From: an uncultured Bacteroidales bacterium | Lineage (GTDB): Bacteria; Bacteroidota; Bacteroidia; Bacteroidales; FEN-979 | Assembly: GCA_903903985.1 (NCBI GenBank) | Contig: CAIVAT010000163.1 | Coordinates: 9,061 to 73,060, forward strand | Length of the DNA stretch: 64,000 nucleotides | Direction: 5' to 3' | In this document: positions 8,998 to 19,110 of the stretch, one piece after another | Layout of the letters: each line of letters starts with the position of its first letter | Position numbering within the stretch: position 1 is the first letter of the stretch | Position numbers and translations under genes: made by a program | Notes under the pieces: generated by a model | What the model was told of the DNA's origin: nothing | Seen by the model: the letters and a program-made list of their open reading frames with translations, nothing else | The model's database searches: none

Positions 8998-10206
8998 TTA
9001 GTTAATACCAAGTTTTTTACTGATTCCTTTGGGGATTGCATTTTTATGAACCATGACATCCATGGTTTTCAACCTGACATAGGATTCAGATGCATAAAAA
9101 TAGCCTTTGTATGGACTTCCTCCAGTTCCCCAGGAATTTTTAACCAGGTAATATTTTTTCCCATTCTGGTCATGGGCGATGCCGGTGATGTGCATTCCAT
9201 GGTCATCGGTTGTTTGATAGTTGTCAAATTCAACCTGGCGCATATCCTGTGTGATCACTTTTTCCGGGTATGGTTTATCAAACTTTAAAAGCAATTTATC
9301 TTTATCGGCATCCGACATTTTCGACCATTTCGCACTTTCCATTCCGGCTATTTCAGGTGCATTCCTATCAGGGACGACAGCGACTCCGTTTTTCCATGAG
9401 AACCCTTGTTCGCTGATATCGGCACCCCAAACGACCGTATAACCCTGATCGATCGAATTGTCAATTACCTGGATCAATTCGTCAACCGGCAGGTTGTGAA
9501 CCTCTCCCATTTCCCAGTTATCAGGAACTTCCAGGATAAACCTGGAATAGAAAGGATGATGTGTGTAGGAACTTAATTCAATATAATTATCGGCATCCAG
9601 CCCCAGCATGCCGGAAAAAGACTTCGCATCATATTCCTTGCCTTTATAAGTAAATTTCTCAGGAACTTTCCCGAGGTACCCATCAAGCAACCCATTGAAA
9701 CCCTCGAGCCATATGGGTGTTAGTTTTTTATTCGCATTCTTGATTACAGCATCAACATCCGCGCAAAGTACTGCATCCATCTCCCAATGCACCGGATTCG
9801 GCTCACCTATAGTCATACCAGAATATGCCGATTCCGGAACCATGCCATACTTCCTGAGCACACTGGTTACGTCATGTGACGCGCCACCCCCGCCAAAATT
9901 ATGTTTTCCATTAAACCTGACATACATTAAAGCCTTGTCTGGGTACGCTTTGCGAACACAAAACATTTCTGAAAGATCAAAGGTATCCTTGCCGGTTCGA
10001 AGGAGCTCAGATTCCAAAAAAGAAATGGCTGAATAGCTCCAGCAGGTATTTGACTTGTTCTGATTTTTAACAGAGGTAGCAGGGAGTTGTTTAATCACGG
10101 TAAAAACATAGCCGGAATCGGCTTTCTTATCCTTATCCTGTGCAAATCCAATGGATAATTCCGACAGAAAAAAAATGGCAAGCATGAAAGGGAAAACGTT
10201 CTTCAT
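8998..10206 (-). CDS. C1-family aminopeptidase (PepC/bleomycin-hydrolase-like), secreted
   Basis: I moved the start to the ATG at 10206, giving the signal peptide MKNVFPFMLAIFFLSELSIGFAQ. The catalytic Cys context is QNKSNTCWSYS. The C-terminal ..HGMHITGIAHD..YYLVKNSWG.. is typical of the C1B family. Confidence 0.8.
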   Translation of the reverse strand: MKNVFPFMLAIFFLSELSIGFAQDKDKKADSGYVFTVIKQLPATSVKNQNKSNTCWSYSAISFLESELLRTGKDTFDLSEMFCVRKAYPDKALMYVRFNGKHNFGGGGASHDVTSVLRKYGMVPESAYSGMTIGEPNPVHWEMDAVLCADVDAVIKNANKKLTPIWLEGFNGLLDGYLGKVPEKFTYKGKEYDAKSFSGMLGLDADNYIELSSYTHHPFYSRFILEVPDNWEMGEVHNLPVDELIQVIDNSIDQGYTVVWGADISEQGFSWKNGVAVVPDRNAPEIAGMESAKWSKMSDADKDKLLLKFDKPYPEKVITQDMRQVEFDNYQTTDDHGMHITGIAHDQNGKKYYLVKNSWGTGGSPYKGYFYASESYVRLKTMDVMVHKNAIPKGISKKLGIN

Positions 10207-10419
10207 AAATTTTACTTTAAACGATGAATTAGAAAAGTGAAGTGTGAGGGTCAATTGCAATGCTGGTTGGTATTGATTTTTCAAATGTAAGGTTATAAAC
10301 ATAACATTACAAAAAATTTCTTTGACCGGGCTGAATTTGACGATGAACGGAAGAACAGGAAGGATGTGACGCATGACACCTGAACGGTGACATTTGTCAT
10401 TGGAAACGAACCGGAGTTG

Positions 10420-11442
10420 TTAATCGAATGGATGTGGTTTAGTAAAATCCGGGCGGTAGAAATCGCAACTTTCAAATTCCTGTATCCAGCCGCTGAACAT
10501 GCCGAGCCTCTCCATTTCATCAGTAACCTGCCGGTATTCATCTATTGTGATGCCACGGCCGAGTACTGCATGATGTTCAACATTTTTAGTCGGGTAATAC
10601 TGAGCCATCAGCGAAACATGAATCCTTTGAGAAATTTCCCCGGCCAGGAATCTCATCACATCAAGACTGTTTGATACATGACCCGGCAGTACCAGGTGCC
10701 TGACGATGATACCGGATTCGGCACAGCCGTTATCATCTGTGATCAATGCTGCCCCTTTCTGGCGATACATCTCTTTCAGCGCTTTCATTGCCATTACAGG
10801 ATAATCAGGCGCCCCGGAATACTTCGATGCCAGAGCGGCATCCATATATTTGAAGTCGGGCAGATAGACATTGATCATCCCTTCAAGACCGCGCAGGGTT
10901 TCGGCTTTATCATATCCATTGGAATTGTACACCCAGACCGGCTGGTAGCCCATTGATTGGATTGCCTGGATGATCACTTTCATCTGTGGAATAAAATGCG
11001 ATGGTGAAACAAATCCTACCCGGTTGACACCCTGGTTGAGGATGTCGGAAATCTGGCTGACAACCTCTTCCAGGTCCATCCTGTTGATAGAATGGCTGAG
11101 GTTATTGTTGCTGATCTGATGGTTCTGGCAATAGATACACTGCAGGTTGCAGTTGGTAAAAAACACATTGCAGATTCCATTTGTACCACTGATGGCAGGT
11201 TCCTCTCCCTTATGAATGCAGATAGAGGCAATGCTGAACGAGGAATCGCTTTTGCAAAAGCCGGGCCTGCCGCTATGCCTGTCTGCATTGCAGTTTCGCG
11301 GGCAAAGCGTACAATTTTCCAAATCCTTCAACGAATCGGTCAAGGCATTAAAATTCAAGGCAGAGGTCGCTTTTTTAGTTATTTTTGACAAATCAAGTGC
11401 AAAACTACTTATAAATGATGATCGATCTGAAGAACTATTCAC
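10420..11442 (-). CDS. radical SAM protein (PflX/COG1313-like, PFL-activase-related)
   Basis: N-terminal CTLCPRNCNADR..GFC motif and radical SAM CNLQCIYCQN. The start is uncertain: five in-frame TTG codons lie downstream of the ATG at 11442. Confidence 0.7.
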   Translation of the reverse strand: MNSSSDRSSFISSFALDLSKITKKATSALNFNALTDSLKDLENCTLCPRNCNADRHSGRPGFCKSDSSFSIASICIHKGEEPAISGTNGICNVFFTNCNLQCIYCQNHQISNNNLSHSINRMDLEEVVSQISDILNQGVNRVGFVSPSHFIPQMKVIIQAIQSMGYQPVWVYNSNGYDKAETLRGLEGMINVYLPDFKYMDAALASKYSGAPDYPVMAMKALKEMYRQKGAALITDDNGCAESGIIVRHLVLPGHVSNSLDVMRFLAGEISQRIHVSLMAQYYPTKNVEHHAVLGRGITIDEYRQVTDEMERLGMFSGWIQEFESCDFYRPDFTKPHPFD

Positions 11443-12065
11443 ATATCATATGGGACTGGAACGGAACGCTGCTCAACGATGCCTGGTTATGTGTGGATGT
11501 AATGAACGGAATGCTGAAAGAGCGCGGTATGCCGCTAAAGACATTGGAGGAATACAGGGAAATTTTCGATTTTCCGGTGAAGGATTATTACTCAAAACTG
11601 GGCTATGACTTCAGCAAGGAACCCTTTGATGAAGTGGGTATGGAATTTATCATCAGATACAACGAGCGGCAAGGTGAAGCAAAACTTCATCCGGAAGTGC
11701 AGGAAGTGCTTAAATGCATTTCTTCACATGGGTTTTCCCAGAATATCCTCTCTGCCAGGGAACAAACCGAACTTATTTCCGAGACAAAATCGGTTGATAT
11801 TTTTAGATATTTTGAATTGATAAGGGGTCTCGATGATCACTATGCCCATGGAAAAACGGATGTGGGGTTGCGCCTGGTCGGCGAAATTGCAGCGCCGAAA
11901 GTAAAAATGCTGTTCATCGGAGATACCCGGCATGATGCGGAGGTTGCGGCTGAACTGGGTATTGATTGCATCCTGATTCCTCACGGACATCAAAGTGAGT
12001 TGCGCTTATTGCCATTGGGTGTGCCCCTGATCCATTCTCTGAATGATTTAATTGAATTGTTATGA
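11415..12065 (+). CDS. HAD-superfamily hydrolase (phosphoglycolate-phosphatase-like)
   Basis: 216 aa. Motif I is IIWDWNGTL and motif IV is FIGDTRHD. There is no signal peptide. The stop overlaps the next gene's start (ATGA at 12062-12065). Confidence 0.7.
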   Translation: MMIDLKNYSHIIWDWNGTLLNDAWLCVDVMNGMLKERGMPLKTLEEYREIFDFPVKDYYSKLGYDFSKEPFDEVGMEFIIRYNERQGEAKLHPEVQEVLKCISSHGFSQNILSAREQTELISETKSVDIFRYFELIRGLDDHYAHGKTDVGLRLVGEIAAPKVKMLFIGDTRHDAEVAAELGIDCILIPHGHQSELRLLPLGVPLIHSLNDLIELL

Positions 12066-15000
12066 TAACATTTCATAAAATATTGTTTTTCTGTATTTTA
12101 TCATTTCTTATTCTGTTTGAAAATCCGGCCCTGCCACAGGCAACCAAGGGGCAGAGCATGAAAATGCATTCCATTCAACTCACCGGAAAAAAGAAGGTGA
12201 ATGGCAAACCGGCCAGCATTCCGGTCATCGGATTTGTCAGTCTTTTACCTTATGAACAATCTGATAAGGAAATCAAGCAGGCTTTCGACCAACTGAAAAA
12301 GTTCACTAATTACGCAGCAGACTTTCTTACAATCAAAGAATTGGAAAAGCAGTCGAAAAAAGCAGGTAGGTTCTCCGTGATCTGGATCCACCGGCCCGAT
12401 ACGACCTCTTTATCAGGAGTTGAAACCGATGAAAAACTGATAACAACACTGAAATCGTATGTTTTAAACGGAGGTAAACTGCTGCTTTCCATGCAGGCAG
12501 CTCATTACATCAACCTCTTGGGATTTGAACCAAATGGTTTGCAGGACAGCACAAAATCGTGCACCGATAATGGCGACGGGCGGCGGCTTGGGTTCCATTC
12601 CTTCAGGGAACATCCGTTGTTTACCGGCCTGAACGGAGGAACTTATCTTTGCCGGCCAACGTCAGATTTGACTACGAGAATCACCGGTTTCTTCGGCGAT
12701 CGCGTTCCCGGCCAGGGCAAAGTTGTGGCGGTTGACTGGGACTATATTTTTCTTCGTGAAGATTCAAAACTGGTCCTCGAATATACCCCAGGCCATGGGA
12801 AAGTGCTCCTCATCGGGGGGTATATGCATTTCAGCATTCAGAACAACAACAGTCAGCAACTTGCATTATTCACCCTAAATTGTTTTAACTATCTCACGGA
12901 TCAATATAAAGACCGGCGTGAGTATTATTGGGACTATTCGCCGAACCTTGTGACTGCCTGCCCTCCCCTTCCTGAAACAGATCAGCTTCTCTTAGCGGTT
13001 CCACCTTCCGGCAACTGGGACGAAAAACCCGATGAAATCTCTTTGAAACGTCGTTTCGCTTCAGTGAATTTCTGGGATGTGGCTGGTGAACGGCTTTTAA
13101 CAATGGGCAACGAAACTGGGGGCATCGAGGAAATATGGGCACATCCGTTCATGGCCATGCGGGATTACGAGGTCGGGATCAGGTTTGAATACATCGACAC
13201 GATTTTCTGGCTTAATGATGAACGTCCGGAGATAGAAGTCAACCCTGCTTTTTTTTCAAGGCAATACAAGTTTCAAAGGGCATACCTCCGTGAAGTGGTC
13301 GTCAACGACCCCACAGAACCAAACGGGGTAATGCACTATGAGTATCGTGGCGTTTATTCAGCTGAACTGATCATCAGGTTCAAATCAAACCTCCGCTGGA
13401 TGTGGCCATATTCCGATCGTGTCACCGGTTCGATTTGTCATTCATGGAACGACGATCTTAATGCCATCACCATCCAGGACCGATCGGGGGATCTGAATGT
13501 GATGATCGGCGGAACCAAAAAACCGGTTGCCCACCTTGCCGGCCAGTTTGATGGATTCAGGTATCTCCAAAAGGATGATTTATTTGAAGGCATTCCTACC
13601 GGGAAATTTCAGATGGCTGGTTTGTTGTGCTATAAACTCGGGATGAACGACAACCTGGATATTGTGTTCACGGCATCGGTAGAAGGATATAACAAAACCT
13701 ACGCTCAATTCAACAGGGCGGTTCATGCACCCTCGCAGGTCTTTGTAAATGCAATGCAGCATTCAAGGGGTATCCTTGAAAAAAACCTGATGATTACGAC
13801 CCCCGACATGAACTTCAATTTGGGATACCGGTGGGCGCTGCTGGCAACCGACCGTTTTTTCGTCAACACTCCGGATATGGGAAAAGCGCTCGTAGCAGGG
13901 TATTCAACGACACTCCATGGCTGGGATGGCGGCCAAAAGGTAAATGGCCGTCCAGGCTATGGCTGGTATTTCGGGCGCGATGCGGAATGGAGCGGGTTTG
14001 CATTGCTTGATTACGGTGATTTTACTAAGGTAAGATCACAACTGGAGTTCTTTAATAAATACCAGGACCTTAACGGGAAAATTTTTCATGAAGCCTCCAC
14101 TTCTGGCCTGATCCACTATGATGCCGCGGATGCAACACCCTTGTATATCGTTCTCGCCGGCAAGTATTTCAGGCACACTAACGATACTGTTTTTCTAAGG
14201 AAATCATGGCCCAATATCAAACGCGCCATCAACTTCTGTTTCTCAACCGATACCGACCGCGACCACCTCATCGAGAACACCAATGTCGGACACGGGTGGG
14301 TTGAGGGTGGCGCGTTGTATGGTTCCCATTCCACCATTTACATGGCTGGTGCCTGGGGTGCAGCCCTGAATGAGGCGTCGAACATGGCCAGGTTCATGAA
14401 AGACATTGAATCGGAAAGTTATCAACTCGAGTCGGAAGAGCAATCCAGGATCATCAACAACGATTTCTGGAGTGACCAGGAGCAATTCTTCGCTTATGGT
14501 AAGAATATTGATGGTTCATTCCGTCGACAGCAGACCATACTGCCTGCAGTACCGATCTATTTCAGGATGGCTGACCGGGAAAAGGCGATTCTGGCGTTGA
14601 AAAGCATAGCCGGCAATGCATTTACGACCAACTGGGGAGCACGTATTTTGCGTGACGACAGCCCATTGTTCAAACCAACCGGTTACCATTATGGCAGCGT
14701 ATGGCCTTTGTTCACCGGATGGGCATCGCTTGCCGAATATTCCACAGGCAATTCAAACCAGGGATTTTCCCATCTCATGAATAATCTGAATGTTTACAAA
14801 ACCTGGGGACTGGGTTTCGTGGAAGAGGTGATGAACGGGGCGGAATATAAGCCTTCCGGCGTGTGTGCACACCAATGCTGGTCGGAAACCATGGTATTGC
14901 AACCTGCTATTGAAGGGATGCTGGGTTTGGAATTCATGGCACAGGAGCAGAAGATCATCTTTGCTCCACAACTGCCCCCGCAATGGGATTCATTGATCGT

Positions 15001-15550
15001 CAGTCACATAAGGATCGCAGATCAGTCCGTTGATTTCCATTTTGTAAGGACGAACGGATCCTGTGAATACCGATTTTCCCTGGACCATGGGAAACCATTG
15101 CATATCGGGTTCATGCCCTGTTTTTCAGCGGCGACCCTATTTCTCAAGGTGATCCTGAACGGGAAAGAGGTTCCATTCACCTCTTTTAAATCTGCTCAAT
15201 CGATGACCATGGTTGTATCATTCGACCTGGCCTCGGATTCGAAACTGGTCGTGGAAACGGAGGGAGGCATTGCCGTAATGCCTGTTTACCCTGATCCAAA
15301 ACCCGGCGATGCCGCCCAAGGCATGCGGATCCTTTCTGCACGTTATTCCGGAAATCTTTACCAGGTAGAAACAGAGGGCAAAGCCGGAAGCTCCGGTGCT
15401 TTGGAATTCTGGTCGGCCGGGACGGGAAAGATTCAGGCGGACAATGCAAGGTTCCTGGATCAAACCGGCCGGGTTCAAAGATTTATGGTTGACTTTGAAC
15501 CTGCAGGATCAAAATATTTGAATAAAACGGTCACTGTGCATCTAAAATAA
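12062..15550 (+). CDS. large secreted (alpha/alpha)6-barrel glycoside-hydrolase-like protein (amylo-alpha-1,6-glucosidase/GDE_C-like C-terminal half)
   Basis: 1162 aa with the signal-like N-terminus MITFHKILFFCILSFLILF. The C-terminal half carries GYGWYFGRDAEWSG, ..DATPLYIVLAGKY.. and GYHYGSVWPLFTGW, typical of GDE_C-type barrels. The N-terminal ~550 aa are unassigned. Confidence 0.6.
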   Translation: MITFHKILFFCILSFLILFENPALPQATKGQSMKMHSIQLTGKKKVNGKPASIPVIGFVSLLPYEQSDKEIKQAFDQLKKFTNYAADFLTIKELEKQSKKAGRFSVIWIHRPDTTSLSGVETDEKLITTLKSYVLNGGKLLLSMQAAHYINLLGFEPNGLQDSTKSCTDNGDGRRLGFHSFREHPLFTGLNGGTYLCRPTSDLTTRITGFFGDRVPGQGKVVAVDWDYIFLREDSKLVLEYTPGHGKVLLIGGYMHFSIQNNNSQQLALFTLNCFNYLTDQYKDRREYYWDYSPNLVTACPPLPETDQLLLAVPPSGNWDEKPDEISLKRRFASVNFWDVAGERLLTMGNETGGIEEIWAHPFMAMRDYEVGIRFEYIDTIFWLNDERPEIEVNPAFFSRQYKFQRAYLREVVVNDPTEPNGVMHYEYRGVYSAELIIRFKSNLRWMWPYSDRVTGSICHSWNDDLNAITIQDRSGDLNVMIGGTKKPVAHLAGQFDGFRYLQKDDLFEGIPTGKFQMAGLLCYKLGMNDNLDIVFTASVEGYNKTYAQFNRAVHAPSQVFVNAMQHSRGILEKNLMITTPDMNFNLGYRWALLATDRFFVNTPDMGKALVAGYSTTLHGWDGGQKVNGRPGYGWYFGRDAEWSGFALLDYGDFTKVRSQLEFFNKYQDLNGKIFHEASTSGLIHYDAADATPLYIVLAGKYFRHTNDTVFLRKSWPNIKRAINFCFSTDTDRDHLIENTNVGHGWVEGGALYGSHSTIYMAGAWGAALNEASNMARFMKDIESESYQLESEEQSRIINNDFWSDQEQFFAYGKNIDGSFRRQQTILPAVPIYFRMADREKAILALKSIAGNAFTTNWGARILRDDSPLFKPTGYHYGSVWPLFTGWASLAEYSTGNSNQGFSHLMNNLNVYKTWGLGFVEEVMNGAEYKPSGVCAHQCWSETMVLQPAIEGMLGLEFMAQEQKIIFAPQLPPQWDSLIVSHIRIADQSVDFHFVRTNGSCEYRFSLDHGKPLHIGFMPCFSAATLFLKVILNGKEVPFTSFKSAQSMTMVVSFDLASDSKLVVETEGGIAVMPVYPDPKPGDAAQGMRILSARYSGNLYQVETEGKAGSSGALEFWSAGTGKIQADNARFLDQTGRVQRFMVDFEPAGSKYLNKTVTVHLK

Positions 15551-15557
15551 CTTCAAT

Positions 15558-15581
15558 AAATCGTAAATCGAAAATTGCAAT
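15558..15581 (+). repeat. 7-nt tandem repeat array running into a start codon
   Basis: tcgtaaa tcgaaaa ttgcaat. The last unit contains the A and T of the ATG at 15580. Confidence 0.85.
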
Positions 15582-17733
15582 GAAGTTCCTCAAATGCATT
15601 TTATCCCTGATGCTGGTGCAGGTTGCCGCAAATGGCCATGCGCAATTTCTCTCCGGTCTGGAGGCCAGGAAAACGGATGCCATTTACACGACGTACGCCG
15701 CGCCAATCGAACGTTCGCATTATAAAACCGACCAGGGATACCAGTTTCAGTGGACTGATGATGAATCGGGGGTGGAATTCATTTCCAAAGACGGCCCGAA
15801 TTTCGGAATTGCGTTTCATCTTGAGAACCGTTTGATATTTAAGCTTCAGGAATTATATCGGGAACCAGTCATTACAACTTCCTACAGTGACCTTGTGAAC
15901 TATTTTTACTATCCAGGGAAAGATTTACGGGTTGACGTTTTCTTTGTCGTCTATTCTTCGGAAACTGCAATTATTCAATACAGATTGGTGAATGAAGGCC
16001 ATTTCCCGCTAACATTTTCTGCACTTCCCTACATCTATTTACCATCGGCTGACAGCCTGGCAGAAACTGAACACGATACAAAAAATGAGGGATATACTTT
16101 CGCACTGCAAAAAAAACGTGATGGCTGGATGGTTGAGCACGACATTCCTGTGGTTGAAAAAATGACGCTGAACTTTCATTCAAGTCTGCCTTTTGATAGT
16201 GTGATCACATTCAAGGTAAAAACAGGCAAAAATTATCACCAGGGAAAATCTGAAGCGCTGGATGCTTTGAAACAATCATTTTCAAAACTCAAGAGAAATG
16301 CCCTCTTTGTCAATGGGCTGGTTGCATGCAGAACCTTCAGGATTGAACCCGGTGAGTCAACCTCATTCACAATTACGTTCAATTTATCAGACAACAAATC
16401 CCGCCTCCCTTCAGTGGGAAGGGCCGGGAGTGGGGTTCTCATGGGAAGCCGGAATCCCGCTGCGGATCTGTTTGATCCTGGGAAGCTGATAAAAGCGGAT
16501 GAGCAGGCCTATGCAAGGATTCCCAAATTGAGGTTTACAAATAAAGACAAGGAGATGCTTTACTGGAGCACCTTTTCTCTTATGCGGCAGTGTATGATGC
16601 CACCGGAAGGTGCATGCAGACAGAATTACTATGTTTTTTCACGTGAGCCACGTTGGGGTTGGGGATATGGCGGGCAGGTATTTCATGAAAGCCTTGTCAT
16701 GATGGCTTATGCATATATGGATCCGCAAGGCGCCATGAATTCACAGCGGGTTTTCATGGATCGCCAGAAGCCTGATGGCTACATCAATTACCGCACAGGT
16801 CCTTACCTGGATGAAACCATTGAGACCAACGGGCAGCCAACCAGTTCGGCGCCATGGTTCAATTATGAGAACCTGGAAATTTTTAAAATCACCGGTGACC
16901 GGCAATTTCTAAAAGAGGCGTATGCTTCCGGGAAAAAATTCTACCAGTACTATGTGGCCAACCGGGATTCAAACAACAACGGTTTATGTGAATGGGGAGC
17001 ACATGCCGAATTGGAATCGGTGCGCGATGCACGTGTTGCTGTTTGGGACAACGTGGGCTGGCCATCTAATTTTGAAGGCCCGGACGTGAATTCCATGCTG
17101 GTCAGTGAAGCAAAATCGTTGGCGGAAATGGCCAGGCAGCTTGGATTTTCAACTGAATCGAAAAAATGGCAGATGGATGCCCTTCAACGCAGTACAAACA
17201 TCAATAAAACCATGTGGGATTCCAAAACCGGGTTTTATTACAACGTGAATAAAAAAGATCAATCTTTTACTTTTCATGGAACCAATGATCTGAAGATCAA
17301 AGAAATTATAGGCTTCCTGCCATTATGGGCCGGAGTGGCTGATGCGGAAAAGGCAACATCACTGGTTGAAAAAATGCAGGATCCATCAGAATTCTGGCGT
17401 CCGTTCGGGATACCTTCACTGACGGCAGCAGACATTGACAATCCATGGCAGACGCACACTGCATTGTGCGTCTACAATCCGATCGGGTACTGGAACGGAC
17501 CCGTGTGGGTTCAATGGAATTACCTGTTGTACCGGGGACTTCAGGACTATGGTTATCACAGGGTGGCAGAAAAGCTTGCAAACAAGGTACTTGAAAACAT
17601 GATCTATCATTTGAAAAATGATCATGTTTTCTGGGAATTTTACAGTGCAGACGACCACCAGGCCGGTTGGAACAAATCATACATCTGGGCCGGAATTGCT
17701 GCAAGATTCCTGATCGATGAAAATGCTCACTAA
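15580..17733 (+). CDS. GH63-like (MGH1/trehalase-like) (alpha/alpha)6 glycoside hydrolase, secreted, paralog A
   Basis: 717 aa with signal peptide MKFLKCILSLMLVQVAANGHAQ. Motifs: YYVFSREPRWGWGYGGQVFHESLVMMAYAYMD, NNNGLCEWG, NGPVWVQWNYLLYRGL and FWEFYSADD. Confidence 0.65.
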   Translation: MKFLKCILSLMLVQVAANGHAQFLSGLEARKTDAIYTTYAAPIERSHYKTDQGYQFQWTDDESGVEFISKDGPNFGIAFHLENRLIFKLQELYREPVITTSYSDLVNYFYYPGKDLRVDVFFVVYSSETAIIQYRLVNEGHFPLTFSALPYIYLPSADSLAETEHDTKNEGYTFALQKKRDGWMVEHDIPVVEKMTLNFHSSLPFDSVITFKVKTGKNYHQGKSEALDALKQSFSKLKRNALFVNGLVACRTFRIEPGESTSFTITFNLSDNKSRLPSVGRAGSGVLMGSRNPAADLFDPGKLIKADEQAYARIPKLRFTNKDKEMLYWSTFSLMRQCMMPPEGACRQNYYVFSREPRWGWGYGGQVFHESLVMMAYAYMDPQGAMNSQRVFMDRQKPDGYINYRTGPYLDETIETNGQPTSSAPWFNYENLEIFKITGDRQFLKEAYASGKKFYQYYVANRDSNNNGLCEWGAHAELESVRDARVAVWDNVGWPSNFEGPDVNSMLVSEAKSLAEMARQLGFSTESKKWQMDALQRSTNINKTMWDSKTGFYYNVNKKDQSFTFHGTNDLKIKEIIGFLPLWAGVADAEKATSLVEKMQDPSEFWRPFGIPSLTAADIDNPWQTHTALCVYNPIGYWNGPVWVQWNYLLYRGLQDYGYHRVAEKLANKVLENMIYHLKNDHVFWEFYSADDHQAGWNKSYIWAGIAARFLIDENAH

Positions 17734-17750
17734 CGACATTTATATAAAAC

Positions 17751-18410
17751 ATGGAAAATCAATCAAATAAAACAGCGATTGTCGCAGGCGCCACCGGCCT
17801 GGTTGGAGAGCAACTTTTAATACAGCTTCTGGCCGACCCTCAATATACCAAGGTAATTGCGGTTGTAAGGAAGCCTCTCCGGAATACCCATGAGAAACTG
17901 GAGCAGATCCTGGCAAATTTCGAACAATTGCCAGCAGCCCTTATGGGGATAACCGCAGACCACGGGTATTGCTGCCTTGGAACAACCATTAAAACTGCCG
18001 GAAGCAAGGAGAAGCAGGTTATCGTTGACCATGACTACGTGGTAATGTTTGCCAAAGCCTGTCATTCAGTGGGGGTTACCAGGTTTGCCGTTGTTTCATC
18101 CATAGGCGCAAATTTAAACTCTTCCAACTTCTATCTCCGTACAAAAGGGGAAATGGAGCGGGATCTGCGGCAGATTCCATTCACGGGTACCTGCATTGTT
18201 CAGCCTTCCCTGCTGATTGGAGACAGGAAAGAGTTTCGCACAGGAGAGAAGACCGCATCGGCGATCATGCGCATCCTGGATCCGCTGCTTATAGGCAGCC
18301 TGAAGAAATATCGCGGAGTCAACGCATCAAACGTTGCACGGGTAATGATCGAACAGATGTCGTCAAACGTTAACGGGGTGAAGTTTATTCGATCGGATGA
18401 GATAAAATGA
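17751..18410 (+). CDS. NAD(P)H-binding atypical SDR (HTATIP2-like oxidoreductase)
   Basis: 219 aa with the Rossmann motif VAGATGLVGEQLL and an overall short NmrA/HTATIP2-like layout. Confidence 0.6.
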   Translation: MENQSNKTAIVAGATGLVGEQLLIQLLADPQYTKVIAVVRKPLRNTHEKLEQILANFEQLPAALMGITADHGYCCLGTTIKTAGSKEKQVIVDHDYVVMFAKACHSVGVTRFAVVSSIGANLNSSNFYLRTKGEMERDLRQIPFTGTCIVQPSLLIGDRKEFRTGEKTASAIMRILDPLLIGSLKKYRGVNASNVARVMIEQMSSNVNGVKFIRSDEIK

Positions 18411-18438
18411 CCTTCTCTCCGCACCTCACTTACAGTTT

Positions 18439-18969
18439 TTATCTGTCAGATTCAATTTTAAAGGCATTGAAGATTTTATCGACCCCCACCTGTGTCGCCC
18501 CATGATAAGTGGCTTCCAGGATTTCAGTGTCGTTCCATCCAAGGCTCCTCAATTTGTCGACATCCGGCTGTTCAATGGAATTGGAGTTTCTCACCACCTT
18601 GAGTACAAAGAGCAACATTGCAAGATCTTTTTCATCCAGGGGCGCTTTCGAAGGGTCGTTTATAATTTCGGGCATCATTTCGGGTAAAACCCCGTACTGC
18701 ATGAGAATTCCTGAATTCATTCCAACACAATAAACACAGTGTTCCTGTTCAGAAACCAACAGTCGGATAAAGGCCAGTAGTTTGCCCCCAAGGGTTTTGT
18801 GACGCATGAAATATCCCAGGTTGCCAAATTGGACATCCAGGACATGTGAACTGGGGCTGAACACTTTAAACGCATTCGGGATTAAGCCCATGGTGTTGAT
18901 CATTGTTTCGTAAATTTCTGCAACCCTGCCGGTGGCCTGGTCCTTTTCAACTAGGTTAATTAATGCCAT
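18439..18969 (-). CDS. AhpD-like / carboxymuconolactone decarboxylase family protein
   Basis: 176 aa with the CxxC motif EHCVYCVGMN characteristic of the AhpD/CMD fold. Confidence 0.65.
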   Translation of the reverse strand: MALINLVEKDQATGRVAEIYETMINTMGLIPNAFKVFSPSSHVLDVQFGNLGYFMRHKTLGGKLLAFIRLLVSEQEHCVYCVGMNSGILMQYGVLPEMMPEIINDPSKAPLDEKDLAMLLFVLKVVRNSNSIEQPDVDKLRSLGWNDTEILEATYHGATQVGVDKIFNAFKIESDR

Positions 18970-19110
18970 ATTATTTTGTTTTTTTTAGATATTAACTGAT
19001 AAATTTCTACAAAGATGCTAATAATTATCAGGTTTCAAAACTGTTCACTTGGGCAGAAAAGGAAAAAAGAGTACTTTCATCCAAAAATTACATTCCTACC
19101 ATCAGTCCAT

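Noticed and set aside
10207-10374. 56-codon N-terminal extension of the C1 peptidase ORF. Similar extensions occur at 19015-19110, 35276-35311, 46766-46801, 34039-34062 and 33951-33983.
   Set aside because: In each case an internal ATG gives a canonical signal peptide or the conserved domain start (for example MKCILIDDE for the receiver domain). The upstream extension has no protein-like character.
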